A stretch of 64,000 bases of DNA from contig JBMDXS010000075.1 of the NCBI GenBank assembly GCA_048595045.1, forward strand, positions 355 through 64,354, given 5' to 3'. The notes beneath the pieces are model-generated. The model worked only from the letters and a program-made list of their open reading frames with translations. It had not been told where the DNA came from and ran no database searches. A program made the position numbers and the translations under genes. Below are positions 48,868-56,652 of this stretch, piece by piece. This DNA comes from Acidimicrobiia bacterium. GTDB lineage: Bacteria; Actinomycetota; Acidimicrobiia; Spongiisociales; ZC4RG35. Each line of letters begins with the position of its first letter. Within the stretch, counting starts at the first letter, position 1.

Positions 48868-49865
48868 CAGACACACTGGGCTGGGGGGTGATCGGGATCG
48901 GCGACATCGTCACGACAACGATGGCGCCGGCCATGACATCCGAGCCCCAGTGTGATCTGGTGGCCGGGGTCAGTCGCGATCAGGGCCGAGCAGACGCTTT
49001 CGCCCACCAGTTCGGAGCCCGGTTCGCCTACACCAGCTACAACGACATGCTGGCCAACCCAGAGGTCGAGGCGGTGTTCATCGCCACGCCGAACGTGTTC
49101 CACGCCGAGCAGGTGGAGATGGCGGCCCGGGCCGGCAAACACGTCCTTTGCGACAAGCCGCTCGCCATCGATGTGACGGGGGCGAGGCGGGCAGTCGAAG
49201 CCTGCGCCGCGGCGGGGGTGACGTTGGGGGTCAACTTCCACAACCGCCAGCTTCCCTGGGTGCGGGATGTGAGCCGGCTGATCGCCGATGGCGCGATCGG
49301 GGAGGTGAAGGTGGTCCAACTCCAGGTGGCGTCGGGGCCCCGTCACTATGACAACTGGCGGGCCGACCCGAAGATGGCCGGGCTGGGGACCGTTCACAAC
49401 GTTGGCGTGCATGGCCTCGACTTCCTGCGGGTGCTTCTCCACTCGGACCCCACCGAGGTGATGGCCATGTTCGACCGGGCACCAGGGCGCGACGGAGTCG
49501 AGATGCTGGCCTTGATCCAGCTGCGATTCCGGAATGGCGCTCTCGTCCAGTACAACGCCAATGAGGTCCTGCGTGACCCGCTCAACGACATCGTGATCTA
49601 CGGCACGGAGGGCCGGGTGGTGGGGAGAGGCTTCACCCGTTCCCGGAGCGATGGCCAGCTCGCCGTCCTTACCCAGGCAGGTGAGACCATCACCCGATAT
49701 CCCGCACCGGAGGCACATCGTCTCTCCCTGGCCGCGTTCACCCGGGCGGTCCTCGCCGGGGAAGAGCCCGATGCCACCGGCATGGATGGGCTCCGCAGTG
49801 CCCAGATCTGTGAGGCGATCGGGAAGTCTGCCGCGGAGGGCCGGCTGGTCCGGGTGGCGTACTGA
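48864..49865 (+). CDS. Gfo/Idh/MocA-family NAD(P)-dependent oxidoreductase
   Basis: 333 aa with WGVIGIGDIV and CDKPLA. GTGA overlap with the upstream gene. Confidence 0.85.
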   Translation: MTDTLGWGVIGIGDIVTTTMAPAMTSEPQCDLVAGVSRDQGRADAFAHQFGARFAYTSYNDMLANPEVEAVFIATPNVFHAEQVEMAARAGKHVLCDKPLAIDVTGARRAVEACAAAGVTLGVNFHNRQLPWVRDVSRLIADGAIGEVKVVQLQVASGPRHYDNWRADPKMAGLGTVHNVGVHGLDFLRVLLHSDPTEVMAMFDRAPGRDGVEMLALIQLRFRNGALVQYNANEVLRDPLNDIVIYGTEGRVVGRGFTRSRSDGQLAVLTQAGETITRYPAPEAHRLSLAAFTRAVLAGEEPDATGMDGLRSAQICEAIGKSAAEGRLVRVAY

Positions 49866-49872
49866 TGAGACC

Positions 49873-50943
49873 TTGACCAATCGACCCGACCTCGATGACA
49901 TCAAGACGATCGATCAAGTCATCGGCCGTGCCCGGGAGGTGATCGATCCGTCGCTCCACGAGTGGGCGGCGGCCGGGGCCGGCCAGGGTGTCACGACGTC
50001 GCGGAATTCCCTGGCCCTCAACCGTCTTGCCCTGGTGCCCCACATGCTGAACGATGTGAGCCGGGTGGATGCCACCACCTCCTTCATGGGCGTGCCTCTG
50101 GCCCTCCCGGTCGTGTTGGCCCCGGTGGCCGCCCTCGGGCTCTATGACCCGGGCGATGCAACGGCTGCTGCCAAGGCCGCGACGACTGCAGGCACGTCGA
50201 CGTTCTGCGCGATGCTGACCGGTTCCGACTGGGAGGAGGTCGCCGCCACCGCACCCGGCAGGCACTTCTTCCAGATCTACCCGATGGGAGACCGTGAGTG
50301 GCTGGCAGACATCGCCGACCGGGTCGAATCCGCCGGGTTCGCCGGCATCTGCGTCACGGTCGACTCACCGATGATCGGCCGTCGTGATCGGAGCCTTCAG
50401 AGCGGATTCGCCTGGTCGATCACAGCCGAGGGGACCTCCGGCATCGCCAGGCACGGATACGACTACTCCTACCGGAGGACGTTCACGTGGACCGACCTGG
50501 CCTGGTTGTGTGCCCACACCCCGTTGCCGGTCACGGTGAAAGGGGTCATGACGGCGAAGGACGCAGCCGAGGCCGTCGAATGTGGGGTGGCGGGGGTCTA
50601 CGTGTCCAACCACGGCGGGAGGATGGTCGATCACGCCTCATCCACCATCGAGGTGCTGGGCGAGGTCGTGGAGGCGGTCGACGGGCGAGCCGACGTGGCG
50701 ATCGACAGCGGGTTCACCAGGGGCGCCGAGATCTGCGCGGCCCTGGGCCTGGGGGCACGCGTCGTCGGAATCGGGCGTGTCCAGTGCTGGGGCCTGGCCA
50801 TAGGCGGCGTGGCCGGCCTCTCCCGGGTCCTGGAGATCCTTCAGGACGAGATCACCATCACCATGGCCAACATCGGCGCTCCCAGCGTCACCGCCATCAC
50901 CCCCGCCCACGTGCGCTGGTCTATGGCCGCCCCTCCGGTCTGA
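49873..50943 (+). CDS. FMN-dependent alpha-hydroxy-acid dehydrogenase/oxidase (LldD/glycolate oxidase family)
   Basis: VKGV...DA, SNHGGR, DSGFTRG. Start proposed at TTG 49873. The longest ORF (49651) overlaps the upstream gene. Confidence 0.82.
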   Translation: MTNRPDLDDIKTIDQVIGRAREVIDPSLHEWAAAGAGQGVTTSRNSLALNRLALVPHMLNDVSRVDATTSFMGVPLALPVVLAPVAALGLYDPGDATAAAKAATTAGTSTFCAMLTGSDWEEVAATAPGRHFFQIYPMGDREWLADIADRVESAGFAGICVTVDSPMIGRRDRSLQSGFAWSITAEGTSGIARHGYDYSYRRTFTWTDLAWLCAHTPLPVTVKGVMTAKDAAEAVECGVAGVYVSNHGGRMVDHASSTIEVLGEVVEAVDGRADVAIDSGFTRGAEICAALGLGARVVGIGRVQCWGLAIGGVAGLSRVLEILQDEITITMANIGAPSVTAITPAHVRWSMAAPPV

Positions 50944-50947
50944 GCCG

Positions 50948-51982
50948 TCAGTCGAGGCCGTCTTCGACGCCGAGTCGTGCGCCCAGCTCCCGGAGTTGGC
51001 CGAGGAGGACGTCTCCCAACGGGATCCCGTCCCGAAGCCGGGCCGACGTCTCCGCGGCCGCCCTGTCGCCCGGAAGGTGGACCTGGCCATCTCCCCCCGA
51101 CGCCCGCAGTGTGGCGAGATGCCTTCCCATCTCAGACTTGAACTCGCCGAGGTCACGGAACAGGTCGGGCCGCATCACGAAGATGGCCTGGCCGGTATTG
51201 GCCGGCTGACCGGGCACGTGGCGATGGTCGATCACATCTTCACCGAATGCGGCTCCGTTGAGGACCCCGGCGAGGAGACCCAGGCCGAGATTGAGGCCCG
51301 ATCCCTTGTAGCCCCCGATGGGCATGAGGAACCCCTCGTCGGCCCGGGCCGGTTCGAGGATGGGTCGGCCGTCCCCGTCCACCACCCAGCCCTCTGGCAT
51401 CTGCTCCCCCGCCTGGGCCAGCACCTTGATCGTCCCGTGGGAGGTGACGGTGGTGGCGATGTCGAGCAGGAAGGGGTGGGCCTCGGTGGGTATGGCGATG
51501 GAGATCGGGTTGGTCCCGAGGAGCCGCTCGCGCCCACCCCAGGGAGGCATGACATTGGCACTGGCCACGGCGGTGTACATGGCGATCAGCCCTCGGTCGG
51601 CTGCCATCGCGGCATAGACCCCGGCCGCACCGGCATGGTTGGAGTGGACGGTGCCCACCCACGCCATCCCGGATTCGATGGCCTTGCTCACTGCTGTCTC
51701 GGTGGCGATCGTCATCACCACCTGCCCCAGGCCGTTGTCGCCGTCGACGAGAGCACTGACCGGCGTCTCCCGACGCAGCTCGATCTCCGGCCGGAGCTCG
51801 ATACCACCGGCGTCGATCCTCCCCGCATACTGGGGCAGTCGGATGATGCCGTGCCCGGTGCGGGCTCGGAGGTCTGCCTCGAGGAGGCGCCTCGCAGTGA
51901 CTTCTGCGTGCTCGGGGAGGGCGCCGAGCGAGACCAAGACCTCGCGGCAGAATGCGAGGAGACGGTCGAAGCCGAATCTCAC
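50948..51982 (-). CDS. Ldh_2-family (malate/L-lactate/sulfolactate/diketogulonate-type) dehydrogenase
   Basis: GTG 51982 overlaps the cupin stop (GTGA). Family motif TGHGIIRLPQY. Confidence 0.78.
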   Translation of the reverse strand: MRFGFDRLLAFCREVLVSLGALPEHAEVTARRLLEADLRARTGHGIIRLPQYAGRIDAGGIELRPEIELRRETPVSALVDGDNGLGQVVMTIATETAVSKAIESGMAWVGTVHSNHAGAAGVYAAMAADRGLIAMYTAVASANVMPPWGGRERLLGTNPISIAIPTEAHPFLLDIATTVTSHGTIKVLAQAGEQMPEGWVVDGDGRPILEPARADEGFLMPIGGYKGSGLNLGLGLLAGVLNGAAFGEDVIDHRHVPGQPANTGQAIFVMRPDLFRDLGEFKSEMGRHLATLRASGGDGQVHLPGDRAAAETSARLRDGIPLGDVLLGQLRELGARLGVEDGLD

Positions 51983-52362
51983 CGCGCGAACTGGTCCACC
52001 GTCTCGCCGGTGTCGGCGAAAGTCCGTGTCACCTCGGTGCTCCCGTACACCCAGAGGATCCGCATCCGCCCGGTGCCGGTGTTGATGAAGCGATGCCACT
52101 CCCCGGGCGCGATCTGCGTCGTGTCGTAGGGCCGGGCCGGCACCTGCTCCCCATTGAGCTCGGCCATCCCCTCGCCTTCGACGACGGTCACCTGCTCGAT
52201 GGTGTTGTGACTGTGGAGACGGATGCTGGTCCCGGGCGGAAAGGTGGTGATCCCCATGGTGAAGCCCTGTCCGTCGAGAGGGTTGGGGGTGAGGCGAACA
52301 CTCTCGATCCCGTCCCCTCGCGACACCGGGTCGGCCGCGTCGAACCTGATCAGCCCCGCCAT
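51979..52362 (-). CDS. small cupin-domain protein
   Basis: 127 aa with cupin motif 1 (HSHNTIE...G) and motif 2 (PGEWHRFIN). Confidence 0.8.
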   Translation of the reverse strand: MAGLIRFDAADPVSRGDGIESVRLTPNPLDGQGFTMGITTFPPGTSIRLHSHNTIEQVTVVEGEGMAELNGEQVPARPYDTTQIAPGEWHRFINTGTGRMRILWVYGSTEVTRTFADTGETVDQFAR

Positions 52363-52390
52363 CGGCCTCGCCCCGAATCAGACCCATCGC

Positions 52391-53134
52391 TCATGCCATG
52401 AACCTACCGCCATTGACCGAAACCGTTTCCCCGGTCATGAACCCTGCCTCTGCGGAGGCAAGGAACAGGATCCACTCCGCCACCTCCTCCGGTGTCTGAT
52501 AGCGCCCGAGCGGTATGCCGGCGGCCGTGGCGGCCAACTGGTCCTGGTCACGCAGCCGCCGAATCCGCTCGGTGAGAACGGCCGATGGGGCCAGGGCATT
52601 GACGGTGATCCCCTCTCCAGCCAGCTCCGCGGCCAGGGCGCGGGTGAGCCCGTGCACCCCCGCCTTGGCAGCCACGTAGGGCGGAGCGGTCTGCCAGCCT
52701 GCGGTGAGGCCGGCCAGGGAGCCGAGGTTGACGATGCGGGCGGCGTCCGAGCGGCGGAGGAGGGGCAAACCGGCTCGGGTCATCAGGAACACCGTTGTCA
52801 GGTTGCTGTCCACGATGTCACGCCATTGATCCAGCGAGGTCTGTTCCAGCCCCAAGGCCTGAGGAAACCCGCCTGCGTTGTTGACCAGGACATCGATGCG
52901 TCCCCAGGCCCGCTCGACCACGTCGACCGCGGCCGCGACCTCTTTCTCGGAGGTGAGGTCGCAGTGGATGAACGTGGCAGATTCGATCTCGGCAGCGGCG
53001 GCCGGACCCGCTTCGTCGTCGATGTCCACGAGATACACGATGGCGCCTTCTCGGGCGAAGGCCCGGGCCGCGGCCTTCCCGATCCCGACCGCGGCGCCGG
53101 TCACCACCACGACTCGATCGGCGAAGCGGGTCAT
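52391..53134 (-). CDS. short-chain dehydrogenase/reductase
   Basis: TGAAVGIGKA, NNAG and the catalytic YVAAK. Confidence 0.9.
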   Translation of the reverse strand: MTRFADRVVVVTGAAVGIGKAAARAFAREGAIVYLVDIDDEAGPAAAAEIESATFIHCDLTSEKEVAAAVDVVERAWGRIDVLVNNAGGFPQALGLEQTSLDQWRDIVDSNLTTVFLMTRAGLPLLRRSDAARIVNLGSLAGLTAGWQTAPPYVAAKAGVHGLTRALAAELAGEGITVNALAPSAVLTERIRRLRDQDQLAATAAGIPLGRYQTPEEVAEWILFLASAEAGFMTGETVSVNGGRFMA

Positions 53135-54051
53135 GTCAGCGCCAGGCCAAGCAGTCCATCGGGGAGTTTGCGGTGGGCCAGCTCGATTGCCGGGCCGGAG
53201 ACAGCCACGAACTCGTCACGTTCCTCCTCGGTGAGGTCGACGAACATCGCACCGGCCCCCTCGAGCCGCACTCGCAGCGACCCCTCGAGATCTGCCGCGG
53301 CAACTCGCTGGGCATCCACGGCCCGGGTGGCGGCCTGAGTGACGAGGTCATGCAGATCGGGGTCGAAGCCCTCCAGGGTGGGCCGGTGACAGAACAGCCC
53401 CCTGGCCCCATAGAGATGACCGGTCATCGTGAAATGGCGGTGCACCTGGTCCACCCCGTAGGCAACCGTGTTGGCCAGCGGGTTCTCCTGGGCATCGACA
53501 TCGAGACGGGTGATCAGCTGGATCCCGGCACTCAGCTCCACCGCCACGGGGATGGCGCCCCAGGACCGGATCAGCTCTTCATGGATCTCGTTTGGCTGGA
53601 GACGCACCGTCATGCCTTCGCAGTCTGCGGGACGATGGATGGGGCGGAGCCGATTGGTCATGTGGCGGAACCCGTTGTCCCAGAAACCGAGCACGTCGAA
53701 GCCGGTCCGGCCTCTCACCGCCCCGGCCAGCGCCTCGCCGAGGGCGCCGTCTAGGGCATGGTGGGCGGTGGGCAGGTCGGGGAATAGAAACGGGGTCTCC
53801 AAGACGTCGAGCTCGGGGACACGGTGGCCGAGATAGCTCGACGAGAAATAGCAGAGGAACATGTGCCCGGCCTCGACAAGCTCGAAGAGATCGGTGTTGG
53901 GGCGCCCCTCCTCCATGATGTTCCAGGTGACGTCGACTGCCACGTCCCCGTCGGTCCCCTCTTCGACCAGCCGTTTGAAGGTCTTGAGACCCTCGCCATG
54001 GGCGCTCTGTTCTGGCCCATAACCGCCGATCCATAGCTTGCGGGGGCTCAT
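53131..54051 (-). CDS. DctP-family (TRAP-type solute-binding) protein lacking a signal peptide
   Basis: 306 aa with DctP-like WDNGFRHMTN, MTVRLQP and DAQENP. The ORF starts at the mature-domain equivalent (MSPRKLWIGGYGPEQSAHGEG). ATGA overlap with the SDR gene. Confidence 0.75.
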   Translation of the reverse strand: MSPRKLWIGGYGPEQSAHGEGLKTFKRLVEEGTDGDVAVDVTWNIMEEGRPNTDLFELVEAGHMFLCYFSSSYLGHRVPELDVLETPFLFPDLPTAHHALDGALGEALAGAVRGRTGFDVLGFWDNGFRHMTNRLRPIHRPADCEGMTVRLQPNEIHEELIRSWGAIPVAVELSAGIQLITRLDVDAQENPLANTVAYGVDQVHRHFTMTGHLYGARGLFCHRPTLEGFDPDLHDLVTQAATRAVDAQRVAAADLEGSLRVRLEGAGAMFVDLTEEERDEFVAVSGPAIELAHRKLPDGLLGLALT

Positions 54052-54140
54052 GCCTTCCTGCCCTCCGGTCGGCTGGAAGTCTCCATAGTCGATCGTATAT
54101 GATGCAGGATCGTCCTGTCGAACGGGGTTAGGAGAGCAAA

Positions 54141-55373
54141 ATGGCCGAGGAGCCTTGGAAGACCGACCAGTGGTTCTCCAGCCCGTGGAACTATCTGCCC
54201 GAGGTGACCGGGGACTTTCGATTCCCCGAATCGGTCCAGGTCCACGATGTCACTCTCCGTGACGGGGAGCAACAGGCGGGCGTCGAGTTCACCTCCGACG
54301 ACAAGCTGAGGATCGCTACCGCCCTGGCCGAGGCCGGCATCCATCGCATCGAGGCCGGCCTGCCCGCGGTGTCACCGTCCGACGCAGACGCCATCAAGAG
54401 GATGGTGGCCGAAGGGCTCCCCACCGAGATCTACGCCTTCAGCCGGTGCATGGTTCCCGACGTGGAGCTCGCCCTCGATTGCGGGGTCAAGGGTGTGGTC
54501 ATGGAGGTGCCTGCCAGCCACCACCTGATCGAGAAGGCGTATCGATGGCCGATCGAGAAGGCGATCGAGGCATCGGTCGAAGCGACCAAATACGCCCATG
54601 ACAACGGCCTGGAGGTGACCTTCTTCCCGATCGACGCCACCCGGGCCACCATGACCGAGCTGCTCGACGACCTCGAGCAAGTGGCCACAGAGGGCCATGT
54701 CGACAAGATCGCTCTCGTCGACACCTTCGGAGTCACCTCGCCTCACGCCATCCGGTACTACACGCAGCGGGTGCGGGAGCGCATGGCCGTGCCTCTGGAG
54801 ACCCATTTCCACATGGACTTCGGGATGGGGGTGGCCAACACCGCCCTGGCCGTGGCCGAGGGCGCCTCGGTGATACACACCACGGTGAGCGGCATCGGCG
54901 AGCGGGCCGGCAACGCACCCACCGAGGAGACGGTCCTCGCCCTCCTCACCATGTATGGGATCGACACAGGCATCGACACCACCAAGTTCACCGAGATCGC
55001 CCGTCTGGTGGCAGAACTCTCCGGTGTCACCCAGCCGGCCAACCGCCCCGTGACCGGCGAGATGCTCTACAACGTCGAGTCCGGGATCATCGCCACTTGG
55101 GTCAAGAACGTCGGCGACGAGTTGCTCGAGCCCTTCCCCTACCGTCCCGAGCTAGTGGGCCAGGCTTCTCCCGAGATCGTCCTCGGGAAGGGCTCGGGGC
55201 TGGACTCGGTGGCGATCTGGCTGGGTCGCCATGGGATCCACGACGCCGAGACCAAGGAGATCGAGGCGATCCTCGCCGAGGTCAAGGGCCGCTCCCTGGC
55301 CACGAAGGGCCTGCTCGACGACGAGGAGTTCCTCGAGATGGTCCGGGAGGTGATCCCGGATAAGGTCGGCTAG
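54141..55373 (+). CDS. HMGL-like / pyruvate carboxyltransferase-domain enzyme (homocitrate/citramalate/isopropylmalate synthase family)
   Basis: 410 aa with HDVTLRDGEQ, HFHMDFGMGVAN and GIGERAGNA. Confidence 0.82.
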   Translation: MAEEPWKTDQWFSSPWNYLPEVTGDFRFPESVQVHDVTLRDGEQQAGVEFTSDDKLRIATALAEAGIHRIEAGLPAVSPSDADAIKRMVAEGLPTEIYAFSRCMVPDVELALDCGVKGVVMEVPASHHLIEKAYRWPIEKAIEASVEATKYAHDNGLEVTFFPIDATRATMTELLDDLEQVATEGHVDKIALVDTFGVTSPHAIRYYTQRVRERMAVPLETHFHMDFGMGVANTALAVAEGASVIHTTVSGIGERAGNAPTEETVLALLTMYGIDTGIDTTKFTEIARLVAELSGVTQPANRPVTGEMLYNVESGIIATWVKNVGDELLEPFPYRPELVGQASPEIVLGKGSGLDSVAIWLGRHGIHDAETKEIEAILAEVKGRSLATKGLLDDEEFLEMVREVIPDKVG

Positions 55374-55406
55374 CAACGAGAAGACCCCAGGGAGGTAGAA
55401 GCAGGG

Positions 55407-56645
55407 ATGAGAGAAGCATTCTTCGGGCTGAGCACCGACTGGAAAGAGGGGATCAACTGGGCCAACGTCAGGGATTGGCGTCTGAAGCGGGCCCATGCCG
55501 CCATGGAGCGACATGGTCTCGGGGCCCTGCTCCTCTTCTACGACGAGAACATGCGCTATGTGTCTTCGACGCTCACCCCGGGGTGGAACCGTCTCAAGCC
55601 AGGTCTTCGTTACGTGGTCCTCACGGCCGGCAAGCCCCCAATCGTCTACGAACAGGGCGACATCGGCTTCCACCTCGAGGTGCACAACCCCTGGATCCCC
55701 AAGGAGAACATCCGCTACTCGTACGCCTGGATCAAGGGTGCGGTGGGCCCTGCGGCGGAGCAACAGGTCACCAAGTTCGTCGATTCCCTGATGAACGACC
55801 TGGAGCAGGCCGGCGTGAAGGACCAACCCCTGGGAGTCGATTTCATCGACATCAACCTCATCAAGCAGTTCGAGCAGCGTGGCCTGACATGGACCGACGG
55901 CATGACCCCGATGATGGAGGCCCGCGCCATCAAGAGCCCCGACGAGATCAAGGCGTTCTCCATCGTCGGTGCCATCTGTGACTACGTCCATTACGAGATC
56001 ACGAACTTCATCAAGCCGGGCCTCACCGAGAACGAGGTGGCCGCATTCGGGTTCGAAAAGCTCTACTCCCTGCCCGGCATGGAGGACGTCGAGGACGTGA
56101 TCGTGTCCTCGGGGCCCAACGCCTGGCCCAACTGGCGAAACTTCTCCGACCGCATGATCCGGCCCGGTGAGCTGGTGATCGTCGATCTGGCCGCCCTCAC
56201 CTGGAACGGGTTCAAGTCCTGCGTCTATCGCACCTATTGCGTAGGTGGGAAGCCCACCGACGAGCATCAGAAGACGTACGACCTGGCCCACAAGTGGCTC
56301 TGGGACTCGATCGAGGCGACCGGGCCCGGGGTGACGACGGCGGACGTGGCCTCGAAATGGCCGTCGGCCAAGGAGGTGTGGGGCTATGAGGAGGAGGATC
56401 AAGCCGCAGCCAACTTCTGGGGCCACGGGCTCGGTCTCGCCCAGTACGACCCGCCTGTGATCTCGCGGATCTGGTCTCTCGACCACCCGGTCGAGATCCA
56501 ACCGGGGATGACCTTCGCCTTGGAGACCCAGCACGGCAAGCTCCACGACCACGGAGTACGTCTCGAGGAGATGCTCTACGTGACCGAGACCGGCATCGAG
56601 ATGGTCTCCAGCTACGCCTCCCACGAGATCATCTCGGTCACCTGA
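55407..56645 (+). CDS. M24-family hydrolase paralogue with a non-canonical metal site
   Basis: 412 aa, alignable over its full length with the 45075 gene. Motifs VDLAA, SCVYRT (Cys where Asp is expected), GHGLG, ALET and RLEE. Confidence 0.8.
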   Translation: MREAFFGLSTDWKEGINWANVRDWRLKRAHAAMERHGLGALLLFYDENMRYVSSTLTPGWNRLKPGLRYVVLTAGKPPIVYEQGDIGFHLEVHNPWIPKENIRYSYAWIKGAVGPAAEQQVTKFVDSLMNDLEQAGVKDQPLGVDFIDINLIKQFEQRGLTWTDGMTPMMEARAIKSPDEIKAFSIVGAICDYVHYEITNFIKPGLTENEVAAFGFEKLYSLPGMEDVEDVIVSSGPNAWPNWRNFSDRMIRPGELVIVDLAALTWNGFKSCVYRTYCVGGKPTDEHQKTYDLAHKWLWDSIEATGPGVTTADVASKWPSAKEVWGYEEEDQAAANFWGHGLGLAQYDPPVISRIWSLDHPVEIQPGMTFALETQHGKLHDHGVRLEEMLYVTETGIEMVSSYASHEIISVT

Positions 56646-56652
56646 CCGGGTC

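Noticed and set aside
48747-49904. A 385-aa minus-strand ORF and other long alternative-frame ORFs (for example 9513-10625, 6023-6703, 1850-2800, 56979-58004).
   Set aside because: Each overlaps a motif-bearing gene on the other strand or in another frame, and none shows a recognisable domain.
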